Shown here: piece after piece, positions 51,094 to 64,000 of the stretch
Layout: the number at the start of each line of letters is the position of its first letter
How positions within the stretch are numbered: position 1 is the first letter of the stretch
DNA from: Aplysia californica
Taxonomy: Eukaryota
Assembly (NCBI RefSeq): GCF_000002075.1
Contig: NW_004797749.1
Coordinates: 245,407 to 309,406 of the forward strand
Direction of reading: 5' to 3'
DNA: 64,000 nt
Translations under genes and position numbers: made by a program
The notes under the pieces: generated by a model
What the model saw: the letters and a program-made list of their open reading frames with translations, nothing else
Told to the model about the DNA's origin: nothing
Database searches by the model: none

Positions 51094-51100
51094 TTTTATA
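51094..51100 (-). promoter_or_regulatory. TATA box of paralog C
   Basis: TATAAAA 64 nt upstream of ATG|gtaagt; conserved with A and B. Confidence 0.75.
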
Positions 51101-53467
51101 GGAAATAATAGCGTTCACATTGCAGAGAGGTAAACGGGACTGCTTAGCGTTTCTCCGCCTACGAGAAATAATCCTGACAATGGCTTGGAAGGGGCAAAAA
51201 ACAAAACAAAAACAAAACAAACAAAACAGCCGAATAAATAGCACGCACGGTGAGGTGCACAAATATGTCTTCATGTTGGAAACAAAAAAGCCCTGTGTAT
51301 ATACTTGTTTGCTCCGAACTATCCTTTTATCTCACACAGATACAGCTGTCAATACTTCTTCAACAGGTGTCAGGTCTAGAGCAGACAATGACGCTCATGG
51401 TACCCCATTCCGCCCTGTTGCGCGTCATCCCCAAAGGCTTGGGGGTTTTTTTTCAGTGTGTTAATTGTTGCAATTGTTAGAGGAGAGCAGGAAGGCCTCG
51501 GACACGTCATTTCTCTCAAACTATTGATCGTACACACTTTGTTACTCATAACGTGGCGTGTCATCTGAGGCTAAACGTGCTGTCTTTGCCGCATCGCTAT
51601 GCGAAACCTTGCTTTTGCTTTTGAACATATTTTTGACTAGATCTAGGGTGTACCTAAGTATTCATAACTTAGTTTGTGTGGTTGACACGTTACACAAATG
51701 CCGATTTAAAAAAAATTTAATAAAACTATGTATCCGAGCCTGAGGGTGTCCGTTACGTACCGAATTCATAAAATTAAACCTATTTCATGATGTCTGATTC
51801 ATAAACATGCTTCTCCGAGGTAGCGTGTTCGAATGTGGACAGCGATGGAAAAAATGTTCTAAACTTTTCTCCTTTCACTTCCCTTCCTGAGCTCTAGATC
51901 TAACAATGTTTTGTCGTCTGCTGTCGTTTCCACTTTCTGCCTCCACCCCGTTACCCTCTTTGCCCCCTCCTCTGGGCTTCTGACTCTTTCTGCAGCCTCT
52001 CTACTGCTACTCCCTGGCTGCTTCTTACAACTGTTTTTCAGCTACACGCCTGATCTTATGATAGGTAAGACATAACACCTAGCCTCGGCGCCACTTGGGC
52101 AAAATTCAAAATTTCCTACCAATTAAAAAAGACAAAGAGGGTGACTTTGAGTATCTTACCAAAGAAAATCGAATAAGATAGTAATGCTTTCAACTATCAA
52201 CCTGTGGAAGATTTGGCCATTGTAAAATGAGAGCAGTTCTCCCTCCTCCTATTCGAGGCTCAACAAAGAGGTCAAACAGTTCTTACAAGTTTGAGGTTAA
52301 AGTCCCCTCTGTGTTGGAAGTTCATCTTCTGCTAATGAAAGAGCAACACTTAATGTTCTTTTGGAAAAAGAAAATGCTGAGCTATTCATTTCAATCTGCA
52401 GACTTTGTTTCCTTTACCTTTTTGATTTGGTTGTGGTATAACGCCCCCAGAACACTGAACACTATAACTGCCATGTCAATTAAGATGGTGGATCTCCGAT
52501 TTTATGTTCGTCTCTGTCAGGATGTAACGCGGCGCCATCCAAACTTATAAAATAGCCCATGTCCAAAAACACATATTCCTGGATTCGAACCACAGCCCAT
52601 CGTTCAGAAAGAAGTAGTGATATTAGCTTAGCAAATAGTGCTCTCATCAAATCCAGACGTTTACAGACTTGGAAATGCACGTAAAAAATACTTTTTATCT
52701 CTCTTTATCGCCGCAAAAACTAGTTTGTTATTAGAGGTACCAGTGAGCTCTGTTTTACAATGATAAGGGGATGTTTCAAGTCATCACATACACGTGTGCA
52801 TAAAAATGAACTGGTCTATAATATGGTTGGATTAATGTTTTCTACAAATTCAAGTGAGTGTGAAATACACGTTTACACCTCAAACAAAAGGTGGAAGTAT
52901 AGACGTATTCTATCTTGAAGTTCTGCCTCTCAAAAATTAATTATATCTGATACACGAAACACACTGTCCAAAGTCACCTCTCTTCGTCCGAAGTTTCCCT
53001 TACTTTTGTCTAATGTCTCCCGCAGAGTGGGAGTGGTTTAGGACGTCTAAGGGTATCTCAGATTATATGATACTGTGGCATAAAAACACGAAGATGCACA
53101 AAACTGATACCGCTAGTGGTATTACCTAAGTGGCTTACACTAATGATGAAACATTTTTCTTTGGCTTAAATTGTTCCTGAATCGACCGGTGGCGCCAAGG
53201 CCAAAGCCTCCCCGCTCTCCTATACTTGTTGCAAAGCTATATTCAGCTCTTCTTTCCCACACAGAAAGAGTTAATTTAGTCCTTTTGATTCTATGTAGCC
53301 AAGGAGTTTCGGTTGTCTCATTCTGTTTGTTATGATTATAAATCTTTAAGATTGTACAATCTGACGTTTTAAGCACTTCTTATTTTGCTTCCCTCTCTTT
53401 CCATTAGATTATTTCCTTAAGTACCACATTTGGACAACGCACACGGCCTCCACTCTGCGTCTTTACC

Positions 53468-53468
<1 letters not shown>

Positions 53469-53542
<74 letters not shown>

Positions 53543-56500
53543 TAAGGAATATCATTTCTATAGCGCCCACTACCGTGTAAACACAGCTCTAGGCGCTTTA
53601 CATANNNNNNNNNNNNNNNNNNNNNNNNNNNNNNNNNNNNNNNNNNNNNNNNNNNNNNNNNNNNNNNNNNNNNNNNNNNNNNNNNNNNNNNNNNNNNNNN
53701 NNNNNNNNNNNNNNNNNNNNNNNNNNNNNNNNNNNNNNNNNNNNNCGCGCACGCTTAAATATCGTCAAATGAGCACATATAATAAAATAATATACACAAT
53801 GCAATTCACTAAATACATAAATGGATACCTAGTCATTTGCATAACATTATACTGAACATGAATCTACGGACATAAAAATGAGGTTGTTAAATGTGTCTTT
53901 AAAGATTTTTAAAATTTAGACTCAGATGTTGTATGCCTCAAGGGTTGGGGAAGAGAGTTCCAAACTGATGGAGCAAGGTGGGCAAACGATCTTTCGGCTA
54001 ATTTTTTACCCCTTTTTCTAGGAACTCTTAAAAGATACTGATCGCCTGATCTTAGTGATCTAGATGAAACATAAATCTGGATGAGATCACTAAGATATGA
54101 GGGAGCTTTGTTATTGACACATTTATGACATATTATTGCAATTGTATATGACATTCTGGCTGACACGGGAAGCCAATGCAACGTTGTTAACATGGGAGTA
54201 TTGTGGTCACTCTTCTTTTTCTATAGTACAAGCCTAGCTGCATGATTTTGAAAACGTTGTAACTTGTGAAGAGTGTTGTTTGATAAGTTAGCTAGTAAAG
54301 CATTGCAATAATCGACGCGTGAAAACAAGAAAGATGACACGAGCGTTTTCAACGAGTGTTCATTCAAAAACATAGACATATGACCAATTCTGCGCAATTC
54401 ATAAAATAAAATGGTACATAAATAATTGATATGATGTTCCGTTGACAATTTTGAATCAAAATACACTCCCAGATTTTTTGCTTTATTAGTAAAATACAGT
54501 TTTTCATTTTCAGTACAAATATGACCAATGTCTTCGGGGATATGGCTTTTCTTTGGGTTATATAAAAGAATTTCAGTTTTATTTTCATTAAGCTGGAGCT
54601 TATTATCAACCATCCACTTTTTGACGTCATCAATGCACAGACCTATGGTAGTACGCAAGGTTTTGACATCTGATGGTGGAACAGATTTATATAACTGTAT
54701 CGTCTGCGTACATGTGATAATTCATATTGTGCTTTCTGATCACAGCTCCAAGTGGCTGTGTATACAACGTATACAAGATTGGACCCATAATTGAACCTTG
54801 AGGCACTCCAAAGTCTAGTTTAAAAATTGACGAAACAGAGTCGTGCACAACCACAGATTGTGTACGGCCAATCAGGTAGGACCTGAACCAGTCAAGAACC
54901 CTGCCAGACAGGCCAAACGTGTTGAACAATCGTTCAATAAGAATAGTGGGATTTATAGTGTCAAAGGCAGCACTAAGATCAGGAAGAGAAATAATTGATA
55001 TTTTGTTCTCATCCGCCTCACACAAGAGGTCGTTATATATTTTCAGTAGCGCAGTTTCTGTGTTATGAAATTGCCAATTGGCAGATTGATATAATTGGTA
55101 TAAATTTTTGTTTTCTCTTCAATAGAACCAAAAAAACTTTCTCCATGACTTGTTTTATAAAAAGCGAAGGTTGAAGACAGGTCTGAAATTCTTGAGCTCC
55201 TCCGAGGAAAGATTAGATTTTTTGAGAAGGGGAATAACTAAAGCATACTTAAAGAGTGATGGTACTACCCCACACTGAAGAGACTCATTGATGATGGAAG
55301 TTATAAATCCAATGACACTATCAAGATGTGTGATGAGCAGTGGTGTTGGAATGGGATCAAGACTACATGTTTTATGGGGTGATAACATTAGGATTGATCT
55401 TACGTCTTCTTGTGTTACACGTACAAATTCATTAAAGATTACCCCAGAGATTGTTTCAAAACATGGTAGTTTATGGATAGTCATGTCAATTTTTTTTTCC
55501 TAATCGTGGATATCTTGTCTCTAAAGTATTGACCAAAAACATCAAGAAGGTCACTTTTAGGTACATTCGTGGGAAACTTGTTGCTGGCCGGATCTTTCTT
55601 ACCAGACAACTGATTTGTTATACAAAATAAAGCTTTAGAGGTGGTACATTCATTAATTTTTCCGTTATTATACATGAATTTGGCAGATGTTAATAACAAT
55701 TTCACTATGTTGTTACAATGTCTATAAATGTCCTCATGAATTTTCAGCTTGGTTGATCTCCAGCGTCTTTCAGCTCGTCTACGTTTCATTTTAGATAGTT
55801 TAATTTCCAAAGTCATCCGCGGGGCAGAAGGTCGATCAGTTACTGTTCTGGATTTGACAGGGTGTATGTTTGTTTAGTAGTTCACACATCTTGGTGTTGA
55901 ACGTGTCTACCTTCTCGGAGGTTGAACCGTGTATGAATTTTAGAGCGAATGTCCGCTCCAAACTTTTCATTATCAATGTTCATTTTCCGGGTTGTTATTT
56001 TGCGGTGTCTCAGTTTGGGCTTCCCTATACGAGTTATTTCAAAGGACACCAGAAATGCATTTGTTCTTTACTTTTATTTCACCGATTTTATTGACACTGT
56101 CCGTAATCACCCAATCTAATGTGTGTTTTTTTTATGTGAGTGGGGACATCAATGTGTTGATAGAGACCACGAGTCTCTAGAACAGATTTGATAGATTTAA
56201 CATTAGTGTCTAAGGTATCTTCCAAATGTAAATTAAAGTCCCCTAAAATTATAGGCTATGTCTTCTTGGTGGTGTGTAGGTCGGTCTAGTAAATCCTGGA
56301 ATTCAGTAATGAAATCTGTAATTTTCAGTTTGTTTCTCCTGCTGGGAGGTGGTCGATAGACACAGAAAAAAATGACGGGACACCCTTCGAAATGTAGACT
56401 GATCTCACAACATTCAAAAGTTTTAAAGGAGGGCATTTTCTGTGGAGTGATGTTTAGAGATCCTTTACAAATTACACATATTCCCTCCCCCCCCCCCTCG

Positions 56501-57010
56501 ACCATTTCTTGGGACAGAGATGGACTTGTATCCCGGTGGAGTTAGGCCATCAATAATGATTTCATCTCTGACGTTCCGAAACCATGACTCCGTAAAAATG
56601 CGATATCGAAGTTGGACTCAAGTATTCAATCATTGAGTAAGACAGTCTTATTTTTAGGTTGACTGTGTGTTCAGTAGAATAATCTTAAGGTTACTTCACA
56701 ATTCAGTTACGGTGTTTTTTTGTGTCTACGGAAAGTTCAAGGGAGCTTCGAGGTTCATTTAAACTAACACACTTATTCCCTGTGACAACAATGATTGGTC
56801 TTTGTTTTCTTCTACCTCCTCATTTCCCCCTCTTTGATTTCTTAACTTTGCTGGATGAGTCTTTAGATCTTTCAAGGCCAAGATGAGACATATCATATGA
56901 AATGACATGTGTCTTTTTGTTTACAGACAATAACTGGTCTCTAGTGTAGCACACCTTTGTAGATCCCCCACGGGGATTCACAACACACACGGGACTCACA
57001 ACTTGACAGT
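53469..57010 (-). mobile_element. Near-full-length decayed L2-clade LINE
   Basis: APE endonuclease (TESWF, CVYRPP), RT (DLSAAFDTI, GVPQGSIMGP, YADDT), C-terminal SRVDYCN / LHWLPV, 3' stem-loop region (GTAAGCGCC...GGGCGCTATAGAAAT) and (ATT)n tail; several frameshifts. Confidence 0.92.
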
Positions 57011-57274
57011 GTTCACTTCCATTATTCAGAAAAATGTTGGCATATCTATTAACATTATAAACGGGGTAGGCCTAGGGTTGGGCGGTGAACACGGCTTTCC
57101 ACACAATACTGTAAATGTTGAAAATGGCCAAAGCCAAGGATAGAACTTCCATAACGAAATATATTTCTTGTAAACAGTTGGTAATTTGCGATCCAGCACT
57201 AATAAAAATAACACAAAAAGTACACATGTTTCTTATTTATCCTGTAAGCCAACTTGAAAAGCCACAATCCATTC

Positions 57275-57805
57275 GCGGGCTCTCGTGGCCTAGAGGTTAA
57301 GGTGTTGGCCTCTCATTCAAAGGTCCCGGGTTCGAATCCGGGTAGCGACCAAAAGATTTTCTTCTCTAAAATTGTCTCCTTTCACCTCCTTCCTGCTTTC
57401 TAGCAATGTTCTGTTGTCTGCTTTCATTTCCACTTTCTGCCCCAACCCCTCACCTCCTTTGCCCCCTCCTCTGGGCTCCTTACTATTTATGCAGCCTTTC
57501 TACTGTTATTCCTTGGCTCCTCCTTACTGCTGTCTTTCTGCCACACCCCTGATCTTCTGGTAGGAAAGATCTACACCTAGCCTTCTCGGACTAGGGCGAA
57601 AAGAAAAATCTCGGAGGGCCCGTGTGAAAATTGCGCACGTTAAAGATCCCTTGGTGGTCTAAAATCGATAAGAGTAGGCTTCGGCCGCCACCCGGGCAAA
57701 ATTCAAAATTTCCTACCAACTGAGAATATTAGGTGTGTCCCGCGCGCTCATATGACCTTATTATGCAGTTGCGAGCACCGTAAAAATACAACAACAAAAC
57801 AAACC
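57275..57805 (+). mobile_element. Best-preserved tRNA-derived Deu/Nin-like SINE
   Basis: A box TGGCCTAGAGG, B box GGTTCGAATCC, core GCACGTTAAAGATCCC...TAAGAGTAGG...GGCAAAATTC, LINE-like tail, and CCATTC direct repeats at 57269-57274 and 57806-57811. Confidence 0.8.
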
Positions 57806-58730
57806 CCATTCCATCCACAAGATACGAAAAAGACACAAACATTACAGAGCAGGAAAAACGCAGCCTCTCAGACACGGAATAGTTCGTCTGTTTTTAAGAG
57901 TCCAGAGCTCACATCCATGCAACAGGATTGACCAGACATATACTTTCAGTGTTCTTATTTCTGCGTTCACTGTTATGTTTTTCTTTGAGAAAACATGCTT
58001 CATTTCCTTGAATGTTTCTTTTGATATTGCAATAATAATATTCGTGTTTTTATGACTGTGTCATTCTTTGGCTCTGAGGTAGATCTAAGTATGCAACCAA
58101 GGCATCTAAAGATTTTGACGGAGATCACTATGTATTCCGTTTTCCCATCATTTAAGTGTAGCCCCTTCTCCTACTCTTTTCTTTTCTCTCACACTCTTTT
58201 AGAATCTCCTTGAGCTCAGAATCAGCTGTTAAGACTGTATCCACACCGTACCGGTATGTTGCTCATATTACATTATGGCCGCCCTATCGCGACTCTTTCC
58301 CGATTGCTGACGTAACGCAGTATCATTTTGCAGAATCATAAATGTAAAAGATCCAGAGATTCGGCACATCTTTGTCGTATTTCTCTGTCGATTGGCCTGT
58401 ATTCGGATCGCTAAGCTCGCTCTCGTCCCTGATAGCTGCCTGTTGTTCCTATTTAAAAGTTTCTCAGAACTCTTAGGTCTTTTCCATCTATGTTCAAATC
58501 TATTAGCATGTTGAGTAGTTCTTCACATCTCACTCTGTCATAAGTTTTAGTGTGGTCGACAAAGCAGAGGTAAAGGTCACCGTCGTTACAATTCGACGGT
58601 TCAGTTCTAGAAACCGTTATGCCGCATTTTTCTTAAAATCGACTATTTTTTTTGTTGCTTTCCCGTGGTCGCAGATCTTTCTCAGCCACATATATTATCT
58701 TTTTGATGTGAGGATCGTACTATAAATATA

Positions 58731-59250
58731 TTATCATCATCCGGTGCCTTGCCGACTGGCGTGGGCGATCATGGACCTCCACTTCCATCTGTATTGCGTT
58801 TCAGCAATGGTGTCTGTTGTTCTTGCTGCTCAAAGCCATGTTGTCAACATGTCCAGTATCTTTTCCCTCTGTCTGCCTCTGCCTCTGTTCCTGTCAAACT
58901 TGCCTGTTGTTACAATATTCTCCAACGCCTCTTTTCGTATTGTGTGTCCAATGAAATTTGCCTGTTGCTTTCGTATATTCGTAATAGCTGCCGTCTGCAA
59001 TTTGCTTCAACCAAGACTTCTTCATTTGTTTTTCTAGCTGTCCATGGGTTACGCAGGTTGTTCTGTCGCCTCAATTGTTTTTTTCAGCTGTCTATTGGTT
59101 GTCCATCTTTCGCACCCATCAAATAGGATTGGCTCAATGTAACTTTTCAGTTCTCTTTTTCTTGTTTCCAGTAACAGATTGATGTTTGTGAATGTCTTTT
59201 GCTTGGCAAAAGCGCTTTTAATTTCTGTGTGAAATCTCCCATCTACTGTG
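58731..59250 (-). mobile_element. RTE-clade LINE 3' fragment (duplicate at 62120-62635)
   Basis: FIGHTIRK...GRGRQR...WRSMIAHA motif and (GAT)n tail. Confidence 0.8.
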
Positions 59251-59259
59251 TGTGTATGT

Positions 59260-59440
59260 ATCTATCTCTATGTAAACAGAACTTCGGTCTTATCATCATT
59301 CATTTTAAGTCTGTTTGACATCATCCATTTTTTTTACCTCCACAATACATTGTTCCATCCTGGTAACTAGACAATTGAAATTTGTTGGCAAAACAGACTT
59401 GTACAGCTGAGTGTCGTCTGCGTAAATGTGGTAGTATTGA
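59260..59440 (-). mobile_element. L2/CR1 RT fragment
   Basis: YADDTQLYKS...WMMSNRLKMNDDKTE on the minus strand. Confidence 0.7.
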
Positions 59441-60399
59441 AAATGGGTAAAACGTTGGTATCACAAATACTGACTTCGGGTGAACGAATTCAGGGCATTT
59501 AATTTTCTCGGATAATTCTTTCTTGGTATCATTTCATATTTTTTGTATTTTCCAAGCTGTGTAAATCCAATTTTTATGTGTACATGCCTGCAGCATCCGC
59601 AGTATATGTCTATACGTTTTGCATAGGAACAAACTTGTGACCATTTCATTGTGTAGATCTGATTCAGCAGCATTTTAGAATCGATGAAGCCCTCAAAAAA
59701 ATATCACCGCTAGGGGATAATGTTCAGTTTAATGTGCAGTTTACACCTACAAAAGATAAGCTTATATAGTTAGAAATAACATTAATCTAAAGGACAAAAA
59801 TCTGTTTAGTCTTTGCTCTCGTCTTTTTCTTGATCAGTTTAGTTTACAAGCTTGTTACCTTTATTATTGCTAGTGTGAATGGAGTCTGTGGTATTCGGGC
59901 TATCGCAGGAAGACAAGGGCGAACTTGTCTGCATTGCCCATTCTGCAGTTGCAATCCTTTCATAGATGAGGATGGCATGACATGACCAAGCATAACGTGA
60001 ACGGAAAAAAAAATTAATTCAGGCGTCCCGCAAGCAGTGACGCCAGCATAGCCCAGAAATATGTAAGCCGCTTGGAGTATTTGTGGTGACAATGATATTA
60101 TGTGATAAACCTGATGGAATGCAGATGTCATATAGACTACATTGGCTACTCTCCAACGTCTGTCAGATGACATGCATTAACATTTCAATTCTGCGAGTTC
60201 GACATCTCCTAATGACACCTAAAACTTTTCCATGTCTGTGTCAGGCTGCTCATACACTTGCTTGGCTAGTTCATTTTTTCCAACATTCTCCCAAGCTGCA
60301 TTGTAGCCACCAATACGAGTTCTTGGGATGCATTGGGAACATTTAGGTTGTCCTTTACATTGAAAAATTTCTGCTGCTTCCTATGCTAATCAATCTGTC

Positions 60400-63300
60400 A
60401 TGGACAAGAGAATGAGGATTATGCCTCTCAACAAAAGAATACACCCAACACCATCTATCGTAATATTTCCACAGGAAAGCTTGGTATACAGTTCAGGTTA
60501 CAACCACAACAGTTAACCAACCTATTAAAGAGTTTGAAAGAAGCGTATTCATATGCCATACAAAAAATGGAATGTTCCCCCCCCCAATTGGAGCGATATC
60601 CATAAATAGAGTATGGTTTTCCTTTTTGATTTAGACAAGGATTTTGTATGTTAGCCGTGTCGCCAATAATAAAAGCAAAAAAGTATTTTTTTTTTTTTGC
60701 ACTGAGGGCGTAACGTTTTGATGACAGCATGCAGAACAGACTTACTTGATGGCTCAAGGTAAGTTGCGGGATTATGTAATTGACTTTTCTTGAGAGGATG
60801 CTGACAGCCTGCTAGAGTCCCACCGTATGATGGAACTTGATGTTCGTCTGAAGGAGATCAGTTGTCATCATTGTCTACACGCGATAAGGCCTTTACTGCA
60901 CTCCGGAGCCCGTGGAGTTGAGGAACTTCCGGATGGACTGCTGTTTCACTGCCACTTCCCTTTGGACATTTAGATCGATTAATCTTCAACTTCGCAGTGA
61001 CTTCGTTTTTCATTATTACTAGTAGGGGACCTTGGTTGTTATAATTTNNNNNNNNNNNNNNNNNNNNNNNNNNNNNNNNNNNNNNNNNNNNNNNNNNNNN
61101 NNNNNNNNNNNNNNNNNNNNNNNNNNNNNNNNNNNNNNNNNNNNNNNTTATGCAGTTGCGAGCACCGTAAAAATACAACAACAAAACAAACCCCATTCCA
61201 TCCACAAGATACGAAAAAGACACAAACATTACAGAGCAGGAAAACCGCAGCCTCCCAGACGCGGAATAGTTCGTCTGTTTTTATTAAGAGTCCAGAGCTC
61301 ACATCCATGCAGCAGGATTGACCAGACATATACTTTCAGTGTTCTTATTTCTGCGTTCACTGTTATGTTTTTCTTTGAGAAAACATGCTTCATTTCCTTG
61401 AATGTTTCTTTTGATATTGCAATAATAATATTCGTGTTTTTATGACTGTGTCATTCTTTGGCTCTGAGGTAGATCTAAGTATGCAACCAAGGCATCTAAA
61501 GATTTTGACGGAGATCACTATGTATTCCGTTTTCCCTTCATTTAAGTGTAGCCCCTTCTCCTACTCTTTTCTTTTCTCTCACACTCTTTTAGAATCTCCT
61601 TGAGCTCAGAATCAGCTGTTAAGACTGTATCCACATCGTACCGGTATGTTGCTCATATTACATTATGGCCGCCCTATCGCGACTCTTTCCCGATTGCTGA
61701 CGTTACGCAGTATCATTTTGCAGAATCATAAATGTAAAAGATCCAGAGATTCGGCACATCTTTGTCGTATTTCTCTGTCGATTGGCCTGTATTCGGATCG
61801 CTAAGCTCGCTCTCGTCCCTGATAGCTGCCTGTTGTTCCTATTTAAAAGTTTCTCAGAACTCTTAGGTCTTTTCCATCTATGTTCAAATCTATTAGCATG
61901 TTGAGTAGTTCTTCACATCTCACTCTGTCATAAGTTTTAGTGTGGTCGACAAAGCAGAGGTAAAGGTCACCGTCGTTACAATTCGACGGTTCAGTTCTAG
62001 AAACCCTTATGCCGCATTTTTCTTAAATTGGACTTTTTTTTTGTTGCTTTCCCGTGGTCGCAGATCTTTCTCAGCCACATATATTATCTTTTTGATGTGA
62101 GGATCGTACTATAAATATATTATCATCATCCGGTGCCTTGCCGACTGGCGTGGGCGATCATGGACCTCCACTTCCATCTGTATTGCGTTTCAGCAATGGT
62201 GTCTGTTGTTCTTGCTGCTCCAAGCCATGTTGTCAACATGTCCAGTATCTTTTCCCTCTGTCTGCCTCTGCCTCTGTTCCTGTCAAACTTGCCTGTTGTT
62301 ACAATATTCTCCAACGCTTCTTTTCGTATTGTGTGTCCAATGAAATTTGCCTGTTGCTTTCGTATATTCGTAATAGCTGCCGTCTGCAATTTGCTTCAAC
62401 CAAGACTTCTTCATTTGTTTTTCTAGCTGTCCATGGGTTACGCAGGTTGTTCTGTCGCCTCAATTGTTTTTTTCAGCTGTCTATTGGTTGTCCATCTTTC
62501 GCACTCATCAAATAGGATTGGCTCAATGTAACTTTTCAGTTCTCTTTTTCTTGTTTCCAGTAACAGATTGATGTTTGTGAATGTCTTTTGCTTGGCAAAA
62601 GCGCTTTTAATTTCTGTGTGAAATCTCCCATCTACTGTGTGTGTATGTATCTATCTCTATGTAAACAGAACTTCGGTCTTATCATCATTCATTTTAAGTC
62701 TGTTTGACATCATCCATTTTTTTTACCTCCACAATACATTGTTCCATCCTGGTAACTAGACAATTGAAATTTGTTGGCAAAACTGTTGGACTGCTGTTTC
62801 ACTATCACTTCCCTTTGGACATTTAGATCGATTAATCTTCAACTTCGCAGTGACTTCGTTTTTCATTATTACTAGTAGGGGACCTTGGTTGTTATAATTT
62901 CTTTCACTGGCTTAATTTCTTAAAACTGTAAATATATTTCGTCTTACGAGCCCGAGTCACATCACCACATAATGCATCGGCCTTGAATCATCCTTACCAA
63001 CGATGACAATAGCAGATTTTTTTATCGGCAACTTCTTGTGGAGACGTAAAGGATGTTTTTATATCCTGCAAATCCACACAGTCCAGGTGCTGACACATTA
63101 TGTATCAGCATCACGTTTGAGAAGAGTATAGGTCAAATTTCTGCTCCTTTTGACACCGTGCATGCGTATGCCCATGTTAAAGACTGTGCTTGCCTTTTCT
63201 CCACGTGCATAGTAAATCAGCATTAAAGCTAAACCATAATTTGTTGGACGTTACAGATTTTTTTCCTTCAGATTCTTGACCGATATGCTGATTTCATATC

Positions 63301-63500
63301 ATCAACTGCATACCCACATTCATCCGCAATGTCCTTGTAATTTTCAAGAAGGGACTTCAGGGAACGCATATTTTTGTCCTTTAAAAATTAGTTGTGCCAT
63401 CAACATGTAAAAAAAAAATCTCTGAAAGATTTATTTTCTGAAGATGTATTGCCGAACCAGACTCTCCTCCGCCTTGGGATACGTGCTTGTCCCAACATGC
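60400..63500 (-). mobile_element. Possible decayed DNA-transposon coding remnant, split by the 61148-62785 duplicate
   Basis: Minus-strand fragments in order HVDG, YKDIA, RDADT, VIVGKD, YGG, and a terminal Cys cluster (NCCGCNLNC). This resembles invertebrate CXC-ended transposase-like proteins but is very degenerate. Confidence 0.25.
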
Positions 63501-64000
63501 ATGGTGGTAGCTGATGTTTAGCTAAAGAACCAGACAGGGGGGGGGAGTAGAAAAGGAAACTTTTGACTGTCCATCCTTCATGTCTGGATCTTCACGCTAG
63601 AAACGTCTTGCCGTCGTCTCTTGCGATTGAAAAATTCAAGGTGTGTGAGGGATTTAAAAAAAAGTATTATATCATAAGTTAAGTAGGGAATTTTTTACCA
63701 TCAGCAGACAAAATGGGACAAATATTCCTCTTCACCGTAAGCGATACGGCAACCACAATTATTAGAACCAACCACAACAGTCACCATCTATGAATGAGGG
63801 CAATAAGTACTATATATATTATATATACACCCTACAGGAATGCAGCAATAAATTTTGAGAGATGCAAAAAATTAGAAGGTCTAGATCTATACTCTCAAAA
63901 CTCTCTCTCATTTTTACGAAAGCGGAATAGAGAATCAATCTATACATCATCATCCAGTGCCAGATCTGCGACAGACATCGGCGATCATGGTTTTCCATTC

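Noticed and set aside
57275-57350. tRNA-like sequences with A and B boxes (also 16642, 20140, 8040-8117)
   Set aside because: They continue into SINE bodies and lack a full cloverleaf; these are SINE heads, not tRNA genes.
57760-62900. 1.6-kb direct repeat (57760-59385 and 61148-62785) with duplicated ORFs
   Set aside because: Near-identical copies across a 100-N gap; likely a haplotype or assembly duplication. The plus-strand ORFs are antisense to an RTE fragment.
1-64000. CRISPR array or prokaryotic operon-type system
   Set aside because: No regularly spaced repeat-spacer array and no gene-dense region. Spliceosomal introns, LINEs and SINEs show this is animal nuclear DNA.

Overview
AT-rich, repeat-dense animal genomic DNA from a gapped draft scaffold. 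The SINE/LINE inventory fits an invertebrate, plausibly a gastropod mollusc (inference only). The ORF track misses the main content: a cluster of three paralogous four-exon genes, A (minus, 11815-17866), B (plus, 26879-32961) and C (minus, 45961-51036). Each has a TATA box, a first exon whose only coding bases are ATG, a 100-nt signal/pro-peptide exon, a variable phase-1/1 exon 3, a short last exon ending GK-stop, and an AATAAA. They encode 78, 86 and 127 aa secreted precursors: signal peptide, short acidic spacer, KR(R), FFLG, a Pro/Thr/Gly/Asn/Gln-rich linker, an amphipathic helix (LTAQQxQxxRxIxxxL) and a C-terminal amidation signal. I do not recognise the family. The genes lie in segmental duplications (A/B head-to-head, B/C tail-to-tail) carrying paralog-specific L2, RTE, Tc1, hAT-MITE and SINE insertions. 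Several near-identical duplications flanking 100-N gaps are probably assembly artefacts. No CRISPR array, rRNA or bona fide tRNA gene was seen.
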